From a virus (taxonomy: Duplodnaviria; Caudoviricetes), in the IMG/VR virus record IMGVR_UViG_3300032190_000027, positions 1 through 39,597 of that record: DNA of 39,597 nucleotides. One strand, 5' to 3'. How positions within the stretch are numbered: the stretch's first letter is position 1; each line of letters starts with the position of its first letter. The notes beneath the pieces are model-generated. The model worked only from the letters and a program-made list of their open reading frames with translations, ran no database searches and was not told the DNA's origin. Shown one piece after another: positions 8,554-17,467 of the stretch. The position numbers were made by a program, and so were the translations under genes.

Positions 8554-9597
8554 CTACGTCGGCAGCGTCAGTTCCTCGACGGCGTTCGCCGGCGACGCGA
8601 TGACGCCCCTGCGGGCCCGGGCGACGACGGCGTTCTCGATGAGGCGCTTCAGGTCCGCCCCCGAGGCATCGACCTTGAGGTCATGCTTCACGAGCTCCCT
8701 GAAGTACTTCTGAGGCTCGATGAGGTAGGCCTTGTTCGGGTCGCAGCCGGCATAGGAGTAGCTCTTCTCACCGACATTGATGCTCCAGCCGTCGTAGAAG
8801 ATGAGGGTGTCGATCTGGCTGATAGCCGGGTACTCGGTCCCGCCTATCCGCATCCTCTGAAGGCACTCCTCGATCTCCCACCGGCGGGAGCTGTGCGCCA
8901 GCAGGACGCTCGGCCGACGCGGGGCCCCGGTGTCGGTGTTGCGGTCCTGCGCAGCGTGCTTCAGCCCGGCCTTGATGGTGTTTCGGAGCTTCTCCAGGAG
9001 CGTGTTTCCGCTTGTGTCGGCGGCGGTCTTGTTCTTGGCCGGGTAGCTATAGCTCAAGATGGGGTTCAGATGGATATGGTTCAGGAGAGCGTTGTATGCT
9101 TCGCCCAGGCTGCGGTTGATCTCCGCGACCTCCCAGGTCTTGTCGTAGAGGACCATATCCTCGGTCCACTGGAAGCCGGCCGCGTAGGTGATGATGGGCA
9201 CGGTGTCCTTCGTGCCGATCCGCCGGGTTCCGAACTTGACCTCTTCGAGCTCCATGTGCTCCAGGAACACGACCTGAGCCTGGATGAACGGCCACACGTC
9301 GACGTTCTGGGTGAAGTTCGGGTCCTCAATCCTGCGGTAGATGGGCCCGTAGAGAAGCGGCACGGCCTCACGGCCGAGCTCGAGGTCGACGACGGACTTC
9401 TGGACGATGCTCTCGAGACCGGCCGGGGTCGTGAGGAGCTCGCCCATGGGCCTCGTGAGCTCGAACGTCTCCATCTCGCCGTTGACGATGCGCTTGGTGA
9501 CCTGACGCTCCTGGCCGTCCAGGACGTAGGTCACCGGGGTTTCGACGTTGAGGCGCCTGCGCTCCTCGCGTAGGGTCTCGATGCTGATGATCTTCAC
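8554..9597 (-). CDS. Major capsid protein
   Basis: 347 aa; follows scaffold and decoration genes and precedes a hairpin and the adaptor. Confidence 0.85.
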   Translation of the reverse strand: MKIISIETLREERRRLNVETPVTYVLDGQERQVTKRIVNGEMETFELTRPMGELLTTPAGLESIVQKSVVDLELGREAVPLLYGPIYRRIEDPNFTQNVDVWPFIQAQVVFLEHMELEEVKFGTRRIGTKDTVPIITYAAGFQWTEDMVLYDKTWEVAEINRSLGEAYNALLNHIHLNPILSYSYPAKNKTAADTSGNTLLEKLRNTIKAGLKHAAQDRNTDTGAPRRPSVLLAHSSRRWEIEECLQRMRIGGTEYPAISQIDTLIFYDGWSINVGEKSYSYAGCDPNKAYLIEPQKYFRELVKHDLKVDASGADLKRLIENAVVARARRGVIASPANAVEELTLPT

Positions 9598-9621
9598 GTC
9601 ATGTCACCTCCCGGGTGAAGG

Positions 9622-10092
9622 CTAGCTCGAGGCGATGAGGTTCGCGGCCCGGAGCTTCGCAAGCAGGCTGTTGAAGTCCGCGACCAGGGCGGCCACGTCG
9701 GCGGCCGTGCTGTCGGCCTGGGCCGCGGCCTGGCGCAGAGAGGCCTGCTGCGGCGCGAACCAGAGCCAGACCACGTTGTTGGCGTCCTTGGCCTGGGTCA
9801 CGATGCCGCAGAAGAACCCGTCCGTCGCGACCGTGGTGAACCGCTTGTTGATGTCGTCCCAGTAGACCTTCGAGCCCTTGGCGAAGGTGTCGTTGGTGTC
9901 GACCTGGCTCGTCTCGTATTCTCCGGGCTCCGCGTTAAGGACAACCTCGGCCGTCTCGCCCGCGCCGGTCTCGACCGACTGCACGGCCATGCCGAGAATC
10001 CCGTCGAGCAGGTAGAACTTGCCCTGCTCGATCGTGGTGCTCTCGGGGACGGTTACCTTGAAAGTGCGTCCTTCACTGATCCTGCGTCCCAT
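9622..10092 (-). CDS. Capsid decoration/cement protein (DUF2190-like) with head-fibre-like C-terminus
   Basis: F.KG.KVYWD motif; C-terminal AAAQADSTA.DVAALVADFNSLLAKLRAA. Confidence 0.8.
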   Translation of the reverse strand: MGRRISEGRTFKVTVPESTTIEQGKFYLLDGILGMAVQSVETGAGETAEVVLNAEPGEYETSQVDTNDTFAKGSKVYWDDINKRFTTVATDGFFCGIVTQAKDANNVVWLWFAPQQASLRQAAAQADSTAADVAALVADFNSLLAKLRAANLIASS

Positions 10093-10107
10093 ATGGAGTC
10101 ACACCTC

Positions 10108-11589
10108 CTAGTAAATCCGGGTCCGCCGCGGCCGGAGGAACCCGGCCGGCTCCGTATCCCGCTTCGGGCCGACGGGCACAATGGGCACGTCCTTGAAGGC
10201 AGCGGCCAGAGCGGCCTTGACGTCCTCCTGCTGGAGAAGCTCGCCGACGGCCTTCCGGACGGCGGCCTCGTCCGCCCCGTCCGGGACTTGAAGCATCCGC
10301 GTAACCAGCGGCCGGGCGGGCTCGTGGACGACCATCTCACCGACGACCTTGTCGATGAGCTGGGCCTGCTCGGCCCGGGCGGCCTCGAGCTGTGCCTGGC
10401 GCGCTGCCTTCGCGGCCTCGACCAGGTCCTTTACCGGCTTGTCCGGACCCAGACCAAAGAGATCGGCCAGGTCCTTGATGGCCGACCTCATCTCGCCAAT
10501 CACCTTGTGCTGCTTGGGGTCGAGCTCGGCGATGAGCTCGTCGAGCTTCCAACCCATCTCGCCGGCAATCTGGGCCGGCTTCGCGCCAAGCTCCTTCAGC
10601 TTGGCGATGACCTCCTGAAGCGTCATGGGTTTCGCACCTCCGTGGTTTCCGCCATCGGCCGCGGGCGTAGGCTCGATGGCGTCCATCTCTCCGACTGCGA
10701 CTATCCTTGTGGGCATCCCCGCCCGGTCCAGGGGCGTCCAGTCAATCGACAGAAGGCGGTAGTCCACGACCTGCGTCTCTCCGCCGGCCGTCCGGAGCGT
10801 GGGCATCCCGAAGATGCTCACCTGCCGAACGCGCCCGGCGCGGATCCAACGCTTGAGGTCCTTAGCCGCCTGGTCAATGACGCCGCGGATGTAGGCCTTC
10901 CCGTCCCGGAAGAGCGCCCCCACCCAGTGGGTCACGGGCGTAGGGAATTGATAGTCCACATCCTCGGGCTTCTGGTGCCCGAGGAACCCTGACGCGGTTT
11001 CACTCGCAACCTGCCTCACGATGGACTCGATGGCCGAGGGCAGGTAGTTCCACCCCCGGCGCGACTTGCCGGACGGTATCTCGACAACGACCTCGAGGGG
11101 GTCCTCATCGCCTGCTTTCAGTGCCGCCAGGTCCACCCCCGGGGCCAGCGGCACGTCCTCCACCGCTATCTCACTCGTGATGTTCGCGCTGAGTCTGACG
11201 AGCTCGCCGCTCAGGACGTCCGGGAGCGGCAGCTCGAGCTCCTCATAGTGACGGCGCAGGTGCGCCCGGGCTTCGGCTCGCTGGCGGGGCGTGAGGTCCG
11301 GCTCGGACCTCGCGCCGGCCAAGGCGGCCGCCGCGGCGATGACCCCGCCTCTGTTCAGCACCACGGAGCCGTCGTCTCTCACCTCGTGATGCGGGCCCCA
11401 GCAGTCCGCAAGGGTGAGCTCCGGACCGATATCGGCTTTCACTACCGCATAAACCTCGCGGATAGCCTCGCGGACGCCCTCGGCGCCCTGCTCGAGGCCC
11501 TGCTTGAGCAGCCGCCAAATCCGGCTCTTGTCGACATCGCCCCAGGACCGTTCGGATACAGCCGCTTTCTTGATGGTGAAGCGCTTCAT
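10108..11589 (-). CDS. Prohead protease-scaffold fusion with an extra N-terminal domain
   Basis: S.RGWNY, GFLGH, QVSIFG and LLSIDWTP...GM protease-like motifs; Ala/Lys/Glu-rich helical C-terminus; precedes the capsid genes. Confidence 0.75.
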   Translation of the reverse strand: MKRFTIKKAAVSERSWGDVDKSRIWRLLKQGLEQGAEGVREAIREVYAVVKADIGPELTLADCWGPHHEVRDDGSVVLNRGGVIAAAAALAGARSEPDLTPRQRAEARAHLRRHYEELELPLPDVLSGELVRLSANITSEIAVEDVPLAPGVDLAALKAGDEDPLEVVVEIPSGKSRRGWNYLPSAIESIVRQVASETASGFLGHQKPEDVDYQFPTPVTHWVGALFRDGKAYIRGVIDQAAKDLKRWIRAGRVRQVSIFGMPTLRTAGGETQVVDYRLLSIDWTPLDRAGMPTRIVAVGEMDAIEPTPAADGGNHGGAKPMTLQEVIAKLKELGAKPAQIAGEMGWKLDELIAELDPKQHKVIGEMRSAIKDLADLFGLGPDKPVKDLVEAAKAARQAQLEAARAEQAQLIDKVVGEMVVHEPARPLVTRMLQVPDGADEAAVRKAVGELLQQEDVKAALAAAFKDVPIVPVGPKRDTEPAGFLRPRRTRIY

Positions 11590-11608
11590 CTGGGTCACCC
11601 CCAGAAAC

Positions 11609-11773
11609 CTAGGAGCCCGCCAGAGAGAGGCGGGCTCCCTGCTGCGTCAGGACCTTCGGCCCCGGGGCCGGTGCCGGTCTCACCGGCACCACAGCCTGTC
11701 GGGGTCGGAACTTGCCGTCCGGGCCCCGGGGTTGCGGGGCCTGGTGGACCACCTTCACGACAGAACCGCTCAC
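11609..11773 (-). CDS. Unannotated 54-aa ORF MSGSVVKVVHQAPQPRGPDGKFRPRQ...
   Basis: GGAGGTG RBS; GTG start overlaps the upstream TGA (GTGA coupling); open to TAG at 11609. Confidence 0.55.
   Translation of the reverse strand: MSGSVVKVVHQAPQPRGPDGKFRPRQAVVPVRPAPAPGPKVLTQQGARLSLAGS
11612..11638 (-). terminator. Hairpin upstream of the protease gene
   Basis: Perfect 10-bp stem GGAGCCCGCC/GGCGGGCTCC; weak U tract (TAGGTTTCT). Confidence 0.5.
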
Positions 11774-12066
11774 CCCGCCTCACCTCCCATGGCCATGCGG
11801 TGGACGAGCTCGGTGGCCACGGCCAGGGCCCCGAGTTGCTCGATGTAGCTCATGTCGCCGGCCCGGGCCACCTCGAAGTCCTCGTCAGTGCCGGCCGCGA
11901 CCACCAGGAGGCCCCGAAGGCGGCCGCTCTGGAACATCGCCTGAAGCTCGTCGATGAGGGCGCCCACGTCGCCGAAGTGGACCACGCGGCCGGGCGGGGC
12001 GGGACCGGGTTTCTCCTCGGGTTCAGGCGGTTCCATGCCCTTGGGAAGGTCGTCGTTAGGGTTCAT
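11770..12066 (-). CDS. Hypothetical protein (98 aa)
   Basis: AGGAGG RBS plus ATG. Confidence 0.75.
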   Translation of the reverse strand: MNPNDDLPKGMEPPEPEEKPGPAPPGRVVHFGDVGALIDELQAMFQSGRLRGLLVVAAGTDEDFEVARAGDMSYIEQLGALAVATELVHRMAMGGEAG

Positions 12067-12082
12067 AAGTAGCCTCCTAACG

Positions 12083-12107
12083 AAAACGCCCCCGGGTGAG
12101 GGGGCAC
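12083..12107 (-). terminator. Intrinsic terminator after the putative immunity gene
   Basis: GTGCCCCC-TCACCC-GGGGGCGT then TTTCGTT on the minus strand. Confidence 0.65.
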
Positions 12108-12133
12108 TGGCTCTACCGACTTGGCCTGGTCTT

Positions 12134-12430
12134 CTAAGTCGTTAGGGTACGTAGCCGCCTTGTCTTCTTGTATGCGTGGGCGACCGCCTCGATTATCTTG
12201 TCTATCCTCTGCTCTCGTCGTTCGAGAGCTTGAACCTGGCGCGCCTCTTCAGGGGAGAGTCTGCCTTGCTTACGTGCGCGCCGCAGACCATTGAGTTTGA
12301 CCGAAGCCTCAATGGCCGAGATGACGAAGGTGTCCTGAAGCTGCTCGGCCGTCATGATCTTCCATTCGCCCTGAGCAACCTCTTCGATGTCATCAAAGAT
12401 GTCTTGGACTGCTTGTATGTAATGCTTCAT
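12134..12430 (-). CDS. Putative immunity protein for the MuF toxin domain
   Basis: Small, helical-looking, lower-GC ORF 9 nt downstream of the extended MuF gene; function inferred from position only. Confidence 0.55.
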   Translation of the reverse strand: MKHYIQAVQDIFDDIEEVAQGEWKIMTAEQLQDTFVISAIEASVKLNGLRRARKQGRLSPEEARQVQALERREQRIDKIIEAVAHAYKKTRRLRTLTT

Positions 12431-12439
12431 CGCTGAGGC

Positions 12440-14044
12440 CTACCTCTGTTTGCGCAGCTTCCCAATCCTATGTCCCTGCATCATATCTTCGATGCCCATC
12501 GCTCTAAAGCCTGTTAGGATTTTTCCTCTCGTTGCGCAGTAGATACTACAGCTGAACTCGCCGTGGGCTCCTGGCGGGGCTGGGACCAAAACGCCAAGAT
12601 GGCATGTCGGCTCCTCGGTTTCAGCCACGAACTCCGGTAATGCTACCCAGGTGTAGACTTGTGCCGCGGGGTCGAGGAAGTTGTGCCTTACGAGTCTGTG
12701 ATACTCATCATAGCTTACCCCGCCGAAGTCGTTCCTGTGCCTGAGCCAGTGGGCGACATCTGACGGTACCCAGCGCTCCCTGCCCAACCGCTCCCCAAGT
12801 CTTACTTGATGGCCAGGCCAACAGCGGTTCAGGACCCCAAGGACCTCATCGTCCACGTTGACCGCACCCCGCTTGGTCAGTCTGGTTAGCTGGGTGGAGA
12901 ACGGTTGCGTGGCCACGTGGCGTAAGATCGTTTGCAGTTGGGCCGGAGTGAAGCGTTGACCGGTAGTCGCCGCCCACCGGATGAGACCATCCGGGTCGCT
13001 CGGCCAGCCGCCCCGTCCCGAACCGGAACCGCCGCCACCGCCTCGACCGGAGAACCTCGCCGGCCGCGTTAGGATGGCCCTGGCGGCTCCAGTATACCAC
13101 TCTTCGATGTCCGGCTGGCTCTGCGGGTCGTCGAGCCAGGCCCTAAGACGGTCGGCGAACTGCTCGGGGTCCTCGTGCGCCGGTATCACCACGCAGAAAC
13201 ACTGTGGGTGAGGTTTCGCCGGCTCCTCTCCTTTCGGCCAGAACCCGTTCCCGTTGTGGGCTGCGTAGTCGTCGCAGACATCCTTGACCGGGTGCGACGA
13301 AGAGAGCCGCCAGTAGATGCCGCGGTAGCTCGGGGCCGCACCGTTCGCCGCAATCGAGGCCTCGTGGAAGGCGTTCCCCATCTCGGTCCTGACCAGGCGC
13401 ATAGCCTCGTAGCTCAGGTCCTTGGGGACTTTGAGCCGGCGCCTGGTCTCGAGCTTGTGGGCCGTCCCCACCCCCGGCTGGAGGTAGCGCTCTACCTCTC
13501 TGGCGAGCTTCCGCGGGTCGACACCGCGGGCAACACCGTCCTCGACAACCCGGGCGACCGCCCGCCGCCACTTCTCGCCGGCCCGCCAGACGCGGTCGGA
13601 CAGCCGCAGGCCGTCCTTGCCCGTCCGGGCGAGCACCATCATCGCCGCGCGCTCGTTGATGGGCGCGAAGAGCCGGCCGACCTCCACGGGGTCCCAGGCT
13701 TCGCGCACCAGCCGGGCCGTGATGTTCTGCGGGGCCATGGTGCCGGCCTCCGTGGAGAGGTAGACGCCGCGCCGGATGGCCTCGAGGGTCTCCTCCGACA
13801 GCTCGCGGGCCCGGCGCTCAAGGTTCCTCGCCAGGGCCTCGAGGTGAGAGCGCCTCAGAGTGCCGACCGCCGTACGTTCGATGTCCTCTCGGACCCGGGC
13901 TGCCGCGCGTCGGTATACCCGGCGGAGCTCCTGGACGGTGGCCGCCTGTCCCTGCTCGAACCGCCGGCGGGCGGCGAGGATGTAGTCGGCGTAGTCCTGG
14001 TGGCCAGCCAGGCGCTCGACGTCGTCACGCCTGAGCGCGGCCAC
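12440..14044 (-). CDS. MuF/SPP1 gp7-type minor head protein with C-terminal putative toxin domain
   Basis: Follows the portal gene; LSDRVW, A.RLVRTE, W.LS..H...DVCD and P.KPHPQCFC motifs; Gly linker then a ~190-aa extension. Confidence 0.85.
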   Translation of the reverse strand: MAALRRDDVERLAGHQDYADYILAARRRFEQGQAATVQELRRVYRRAAARVREDIERTAVGTLRRSHLEALARNLERRARELSEETLEAIRRGVYLSTEAGTMAPQNITARLVREAWDPVEVGRLFAPINERAAMMVLARTGKDGLRLSDRVWRAGEKWRRAVARVVEDGVARGVDPRKLAREVERYLQPGVGTAHKLETRRRLKVPKDLSYEAMRLVRTEMGNAFHEASIAANGAAPSYRGIYWRLSSSHPVKDVCDDYAAHNGNGFWPKGEEPAKPHPQCFCVVIPAHEDPEQFADRLRAWLDDPQSQPDIEEWYTGAARAILTRPARFSGRGGGGGSGSGRGGWPSDPDGLIRWAATTGQRFTPAQLQTILRHVATQPFSTQLTRLTKRGAVNVDDEVLGVLNRCWPGHQVRLGERLGRERWVPSDVAHWLRHRNDFGGVSYDEYHRLVRHNFLDPAAQVYTWVALPEFVAETEEPTCHLGVLVPAPPGAHGEFSCSIYCATRGKILTGFRAMGIEDMMQGHRIGKLRKQR

Positions 14045-14046
14045 GG

Positions 14047-15561
14047 CTAGTCAACCGCCTGGGTGATGGTGGCGTCCTCGTCGCCCCCGGGCTCCGTCCA
14101 CCCCTCGCCGTCCTCGAGCCGCTTCCGCCAGAGCATAGTCTTCGCGACCCGCCGACGCTCGTCGTCGTCGGCGTCGGGGTCGACCCAGGGGAGCATCGAC
14201 GGGACGAACTCCCGGAGGAACTCGGCCGCGGCGTCCACGCTCACGATGCCTGTCTCAATGCCGGCGACCAGGCCTTCGATGAGGGTCTTGATGGTGTTGG
14301 CGACTTCCTGGTCGTTCCGGGGGCTGAGCTCGTCCCAGCCGATGGTGACGCGGTAGGTGTCGAGCACGACGTTGTTGACGCGAGCCCACATGGCGAGGTA
14401 CATCGACGCGAGCTCACCGTAAGGCTCCTCGAATAGGCCCCTCTTTCTGCGGATTTTCCGGGCCAGGGGGACCATCTGCTCGGAGACGGACGCCTTCGAG
14501 GAGCTGACGGCCGTGCCGAAGGCGAACTCGGGCGTCTGGCTCACGTCGACGATGCAGAAGAACAGGAACTTGAGCAGGGTCGTGATGCCCTGGAGGCCGG
14601 CGTCGGCGCTGATGAACTCGGCCTCGTCGCCCTGCTGCATCAGGAAGAGCTCCTTGTTGGCGAACCGGAGCTTCCCCGACTTGATCTCGGACTCGGTGAA
14701 GTTGTCCTCGAGGAACTTCTGCACGTTCTGCAGGCTGAACCTGACCTTCGGCCGGGAGAACATCTGGGAGCCCTGGGCCGCATTGAGCATCACGTCGTGG
14801 TAGGCCTTCATGAACGGCTCGACCGGCTCGAGGTCGCTGAAGCCGTAGAGGTGCGTCTCCTCGGCCTCGTTCCGAAAATGGACGACGGGGATGAAGCCCC
14901 AGGGGTTGCCCTCGGTCCGGTTCTTCGCCCGCACGTCCGCCGGGGCCCGGCTGTCGGCCTCGATGGTCCGGGTCTGCGGGGTCAGGGTCTCGACGATGTT
15001 GTAGTCGCTCTCGTGCCCCCGGTCGTCAAGCGCCTTGCAGGGGTAGGTGACAATCAGCTTCTGCCACTCGCCAGTGAGCGGGTCCGGGATGGGCTTGCAC
15101 CACTCGGGCGGCAGGAGCCGGAGCGTGAACTCCTCGCGCCGCTTGGGGTCGAACCTGGCCGGCTGCCGGCCGAGCCTCACGTAGACGTCCCCGTCCCGGA
15201 GGCAGTTCCGGTTGACGCGGAAGAGCTGGCCGGTCCAGCGCTGCATGTCGGCCTCGAGGGCCTGGTCGGCCTCGGGGTCCTCGTGGGTGAAATGCGGTGC
15301 CCCCATGAAGCCGGCCGTGGTGTCGACGACCGGCCGGGCGAACCCCGCGCCCAGCTTGTAGCGGTCCACCGTGTTGCGGTAGAGCCCGCGGGCCAGGTCG
15401 TAGTCGACCTTGCTGCTGTTGAGGCTGTAGGGCGTGACGAACTGGAACCCCCAGCCCGGGGACCAGGTCGAGCGCAGCACAGAGATCTCGCCGATGGCCC
15501 GGATTATTCGGCGCAGAATACCGCCGGGGCCGGGCGCGGGCCTGAGTCCGGTCTTAGGCAT
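14047..15561 (-). CDS. Portal protein
   Basis: 504 aa after TerL; NPWGFIPVVHFRN, YG.SDLE and VSQTPEFAFG SPP1-type motifs. Confidence 0.9.
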   Translation of the reverse strand: MPKTGLRPAPGPGGILRRIIRAIGEISVLRSTWSPGWGFQFVTPYSLNSSKVDYDLARGLYRNTVDRYKLGAGFARPVVDTTAGFMGAPHFTHEDPEADQALEADMQRWTGQLFRVNRNCLRDGDVYVRLGRQPARFDPKRREEFTLRLLPPEWCKPIPDPLTGEWQKLIVTYPCKALDDRGHESDYNIVETLTPQTRTIEADSRAPADVRAKNRTEGNPWGFIPVVHFRNEAEETHLYGFSDLEPVEPFMKAYHDVMLNAAQGSQMFSRPKVRFSLQNVQKFLEDNFTESEIKSGKLRFANKELFLMQQGDEAEFISADAGLQGITTLLKFLFFCIVDVSQTPEFAFGTAVSSSKASVSEQMVPLARKIRRKRGLFEEPYGELASMYLAMWARVNNVVLDTYRVTIGWDELSPRNDQEVANTIKTLIEGLVAGIETGIVSVDAAAEFLREFVPSMLPWVDPDADDDERRRVAKTMLWRKRLEDGEGWTEPGGDEDATITQAVD

Positions 15562-16897
15562 AGAACCTGGCCTCCTGGAAGAGCTTGCGTGTCTTCTCGT
15601 CTAGTGGGGCGACCTCGCCCTCGAACAGCTCGGTGAGGGCCCAGACCAGGGCATCCAGCCGGTCAGGCGACCAGTCAACCCCTTCGGGGACCCAGTTGCA
15701 GAGCTGGTCCTCCAGTTCGGGGAAGTGGCCCACGTGGTGGACCTTCCCCTGCTCGTAGAGGGCCGAGATGGGCTCGGCCCGGATCCGCTTGCCCCGGCTC
15801 GCGTGGACGGCCTTGTAGGGGATGCCGGGCCGGATAGTGCGGATGACGTGCTCAACCATCTCGCCGCCGTTGTTGGCCTCGCCCACAATCCGGTCACCGC
15901 GGAACTCGTCGAAGGCGATGAGCGTCCGCTCGCCCCAGCCCGCGGGCCTCATCCGGCAGGAGCGGTCGGCTAGGACGTAGCCATGGCCATCCACGCCTCT
16001 GCCGGCCACGATGATGCCGGTCTCGGCCGAACCTTCAGTGCTCGTGGCGGCCGGGTCGACCGCGACGACAACGCGCACGAGCTCGGGCGCCTCCTTGACC
16101 CGAAGCTCGTCGATCCGCGTCCGCTGCCACAGGGCGCCCGGGGTGTCGTCCAGGAGCTCGCCTTCAATCTCCTGTCGACCCAGGCGCGTCCCCTCATACC
16201 GCGAGACAATTTCGGCAAGGAATGCCGGCGCAAGGTTCGGCGCGTTCTCGTAGGTCGAGCCGCGCGTCAGGACCACGTCCCGGCCCACCCGAGAGACGAG
16301 GTCCCGGATAATCCGGACTGGTTTCGGCGTGGTCGTCACGATACACCGCGGACGGGGGCCGGCCCTAAGACCGAGCATGAGGTTGTCCCATGCCTCCGGC
16401 CGGCGCCAAGCCGCCACCTCGTCCGCCCACGCGAGATCGTGCTGCGGGCCCCGGAGCCGGTCCGGCTCGTCGGCGGAGTAGATGGTGGCCGTCGCCCCGT
16501 TCGGCCAGGTGAGTCGCCGCTTCGAAGGCTCGTAATGCGGCTCGAACCAGGGCGGGCTGACACGGAGGATGGAACTGTCGCCGGCCTCGACCATCACGTC
16601 TCGCGCGTCTGCCGCCGTCGGGGCGACGATGGCGACGTGGCGGGCACGGCCGGCCTCCACCTCCGCCCGCACGAACTCCGCGCCGGTGCGGGTCTTGCCG
16701 AAGCCACGGCCGGCCATGAGAAGCCAGATGGTCCACTCCCCGGGTGGGGGAAGCTGCGCCGGCCGGGCCCAAAACCGCCAGTCGTAAAGGAGCGCCAGCG
16801 CCTCGTCGTCAGTGAGGCTGCTGATGAGGTCCGCCCTCACGTCGGGCGGCAGAGAGGCGAGCGACGCGCTCAGCGATGAGTCGGCGTGCGTCTTCAC
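15554..16897 (-). CDS. terL: Terminase large subunit
   Basis: Walker A AGRGFGKT, Walker B AWADE, TTTP coupling motif, nuclease VAVDPA and PDRLDALVWA. Confidence 0.97.
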   Translation of the reverse strand: MKTHADSSLSASLASLPPDVRADLISSLTDDEALALLYDWRFWARPAQLPPPGEWTIWLLMAGRGFGKTRTGAEFVRAEVEAGRARHVAIVAPTAADARDVMVEAGDSSILRVSPPWFEPHYEPSKRRLTWPNGATATIYSADEPDRLRGPQHDLAWADEVAAWRRPEAWDNLMLGLRAGPRPRCIVTTTPKPVRIIRDLVSRVGRDVVLTRGSTYENAPNLAPAFLAEIVSRYEGTRLGRQEIEGELLDDTPGALWQRTRIDELRVKEAPELVRVVVAVDPAATSTEGSAETGIIVAGRGVDGHGYVLADRSCRMRPAGWGERTLIAFDEFRGDRIVGEANNGGEMVEHVIRTIRPGIPYKAVHASRGKRIRAEPISALYEQGKVHHVGHFPELEDQLCNWVPEGVDWSPDRLDALVWALTELFEGEVAPLDEKTRKLFQEARFYA

Positions 16898-17375
16898 CGG
16901 AGAGCACCTCGCTACGCTGCGTGGGTTTGCCGGTTAGAAGCTGCGCGTCCTGGAACCCGTAGTGCATTGCTCCCACGAGCGACCTCAGGTAGGCCGCTAG
17001 GTCCCGGTCGCCCCGGGTGGGATCCACCTTGTCGAGCATCTCCTCGATCCGTGCCAGGGCCCGCTCGCCGGCGCCGTAGAGGCGGTCAGCCACGGCCTTC
17101 AGGCGTTCGGCGATGTACTCCCCGGCCTCGGCGCGGGCCCGGTCGATGGCCTCCGCGGCCAGGGCCTCCTGGGCTCTTCTCAGTTTTGGGGTGCGGCGTT
17201 GCGTTGCGGCCTTCCGGGTGTTGCGGGCCTTGTGGCCGTTGCGCCGCTTCGCGCGGTGCACCCAGGAGCGAATCGTACCCGCGGGGATGCCCGTGGCCCT
17301 CGAGGCCTCGGCGGCTCCGAGCTCCTGGGCGATGGCGAGAGCCTTCTCCCTGTCAGCCTCTGACCACCGGGCCAC
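16809..17375 (-). CDS. terS: Terminase small subunit
   Basis: N-terminal HTH (ASRATGIPAGTIRSW); QLLTGKPTQR; directly upstream of terL; start taken at GTG 17375. Confidence 0.8.
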   Translation of the reverse strand: MARWSEADREKALAIAQELGAAEASRATGIPAGTIRSWVHRAKRRNGHKARNTRKAATQRRTPKLRRAQEALAAEAIDRARAEAGEYIAERLKAVADRLYGAGERALARIEEMLDKVDPTRGDRDLAAYLRSLVGAMHYGFQDAQLLTGKPTQRSEVLSGEDARRLIAERVARLSAARREGGPHQQPH

Positions 17376-17400
17376 GGTCCTCACCCCCGTACTCAGCACC

Positions 17401-17435
17401 AAATACGAAGGGCACCCCGCTCCATGGGGGTGCCC
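17401..17435 (-). terminator. Terminator-like hairpin in the late leader
   Basis: GGGCACCCC/GGGGTGCCC stem followed by TTCGTATTT on the minus strand. Confidence 0.6.
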
Positions 17436-17467
17436 CTGTCCTCACGGTACAGTACGCCTTGCCCTGG

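Noticed and set aside
11595-11783. 62-aa ORF from the ORF track
   Set aside because: Gly/Pro-rich with poor RBS spacing; the alternative frame 11609-11773 has a proper RBS and GTGA coupling
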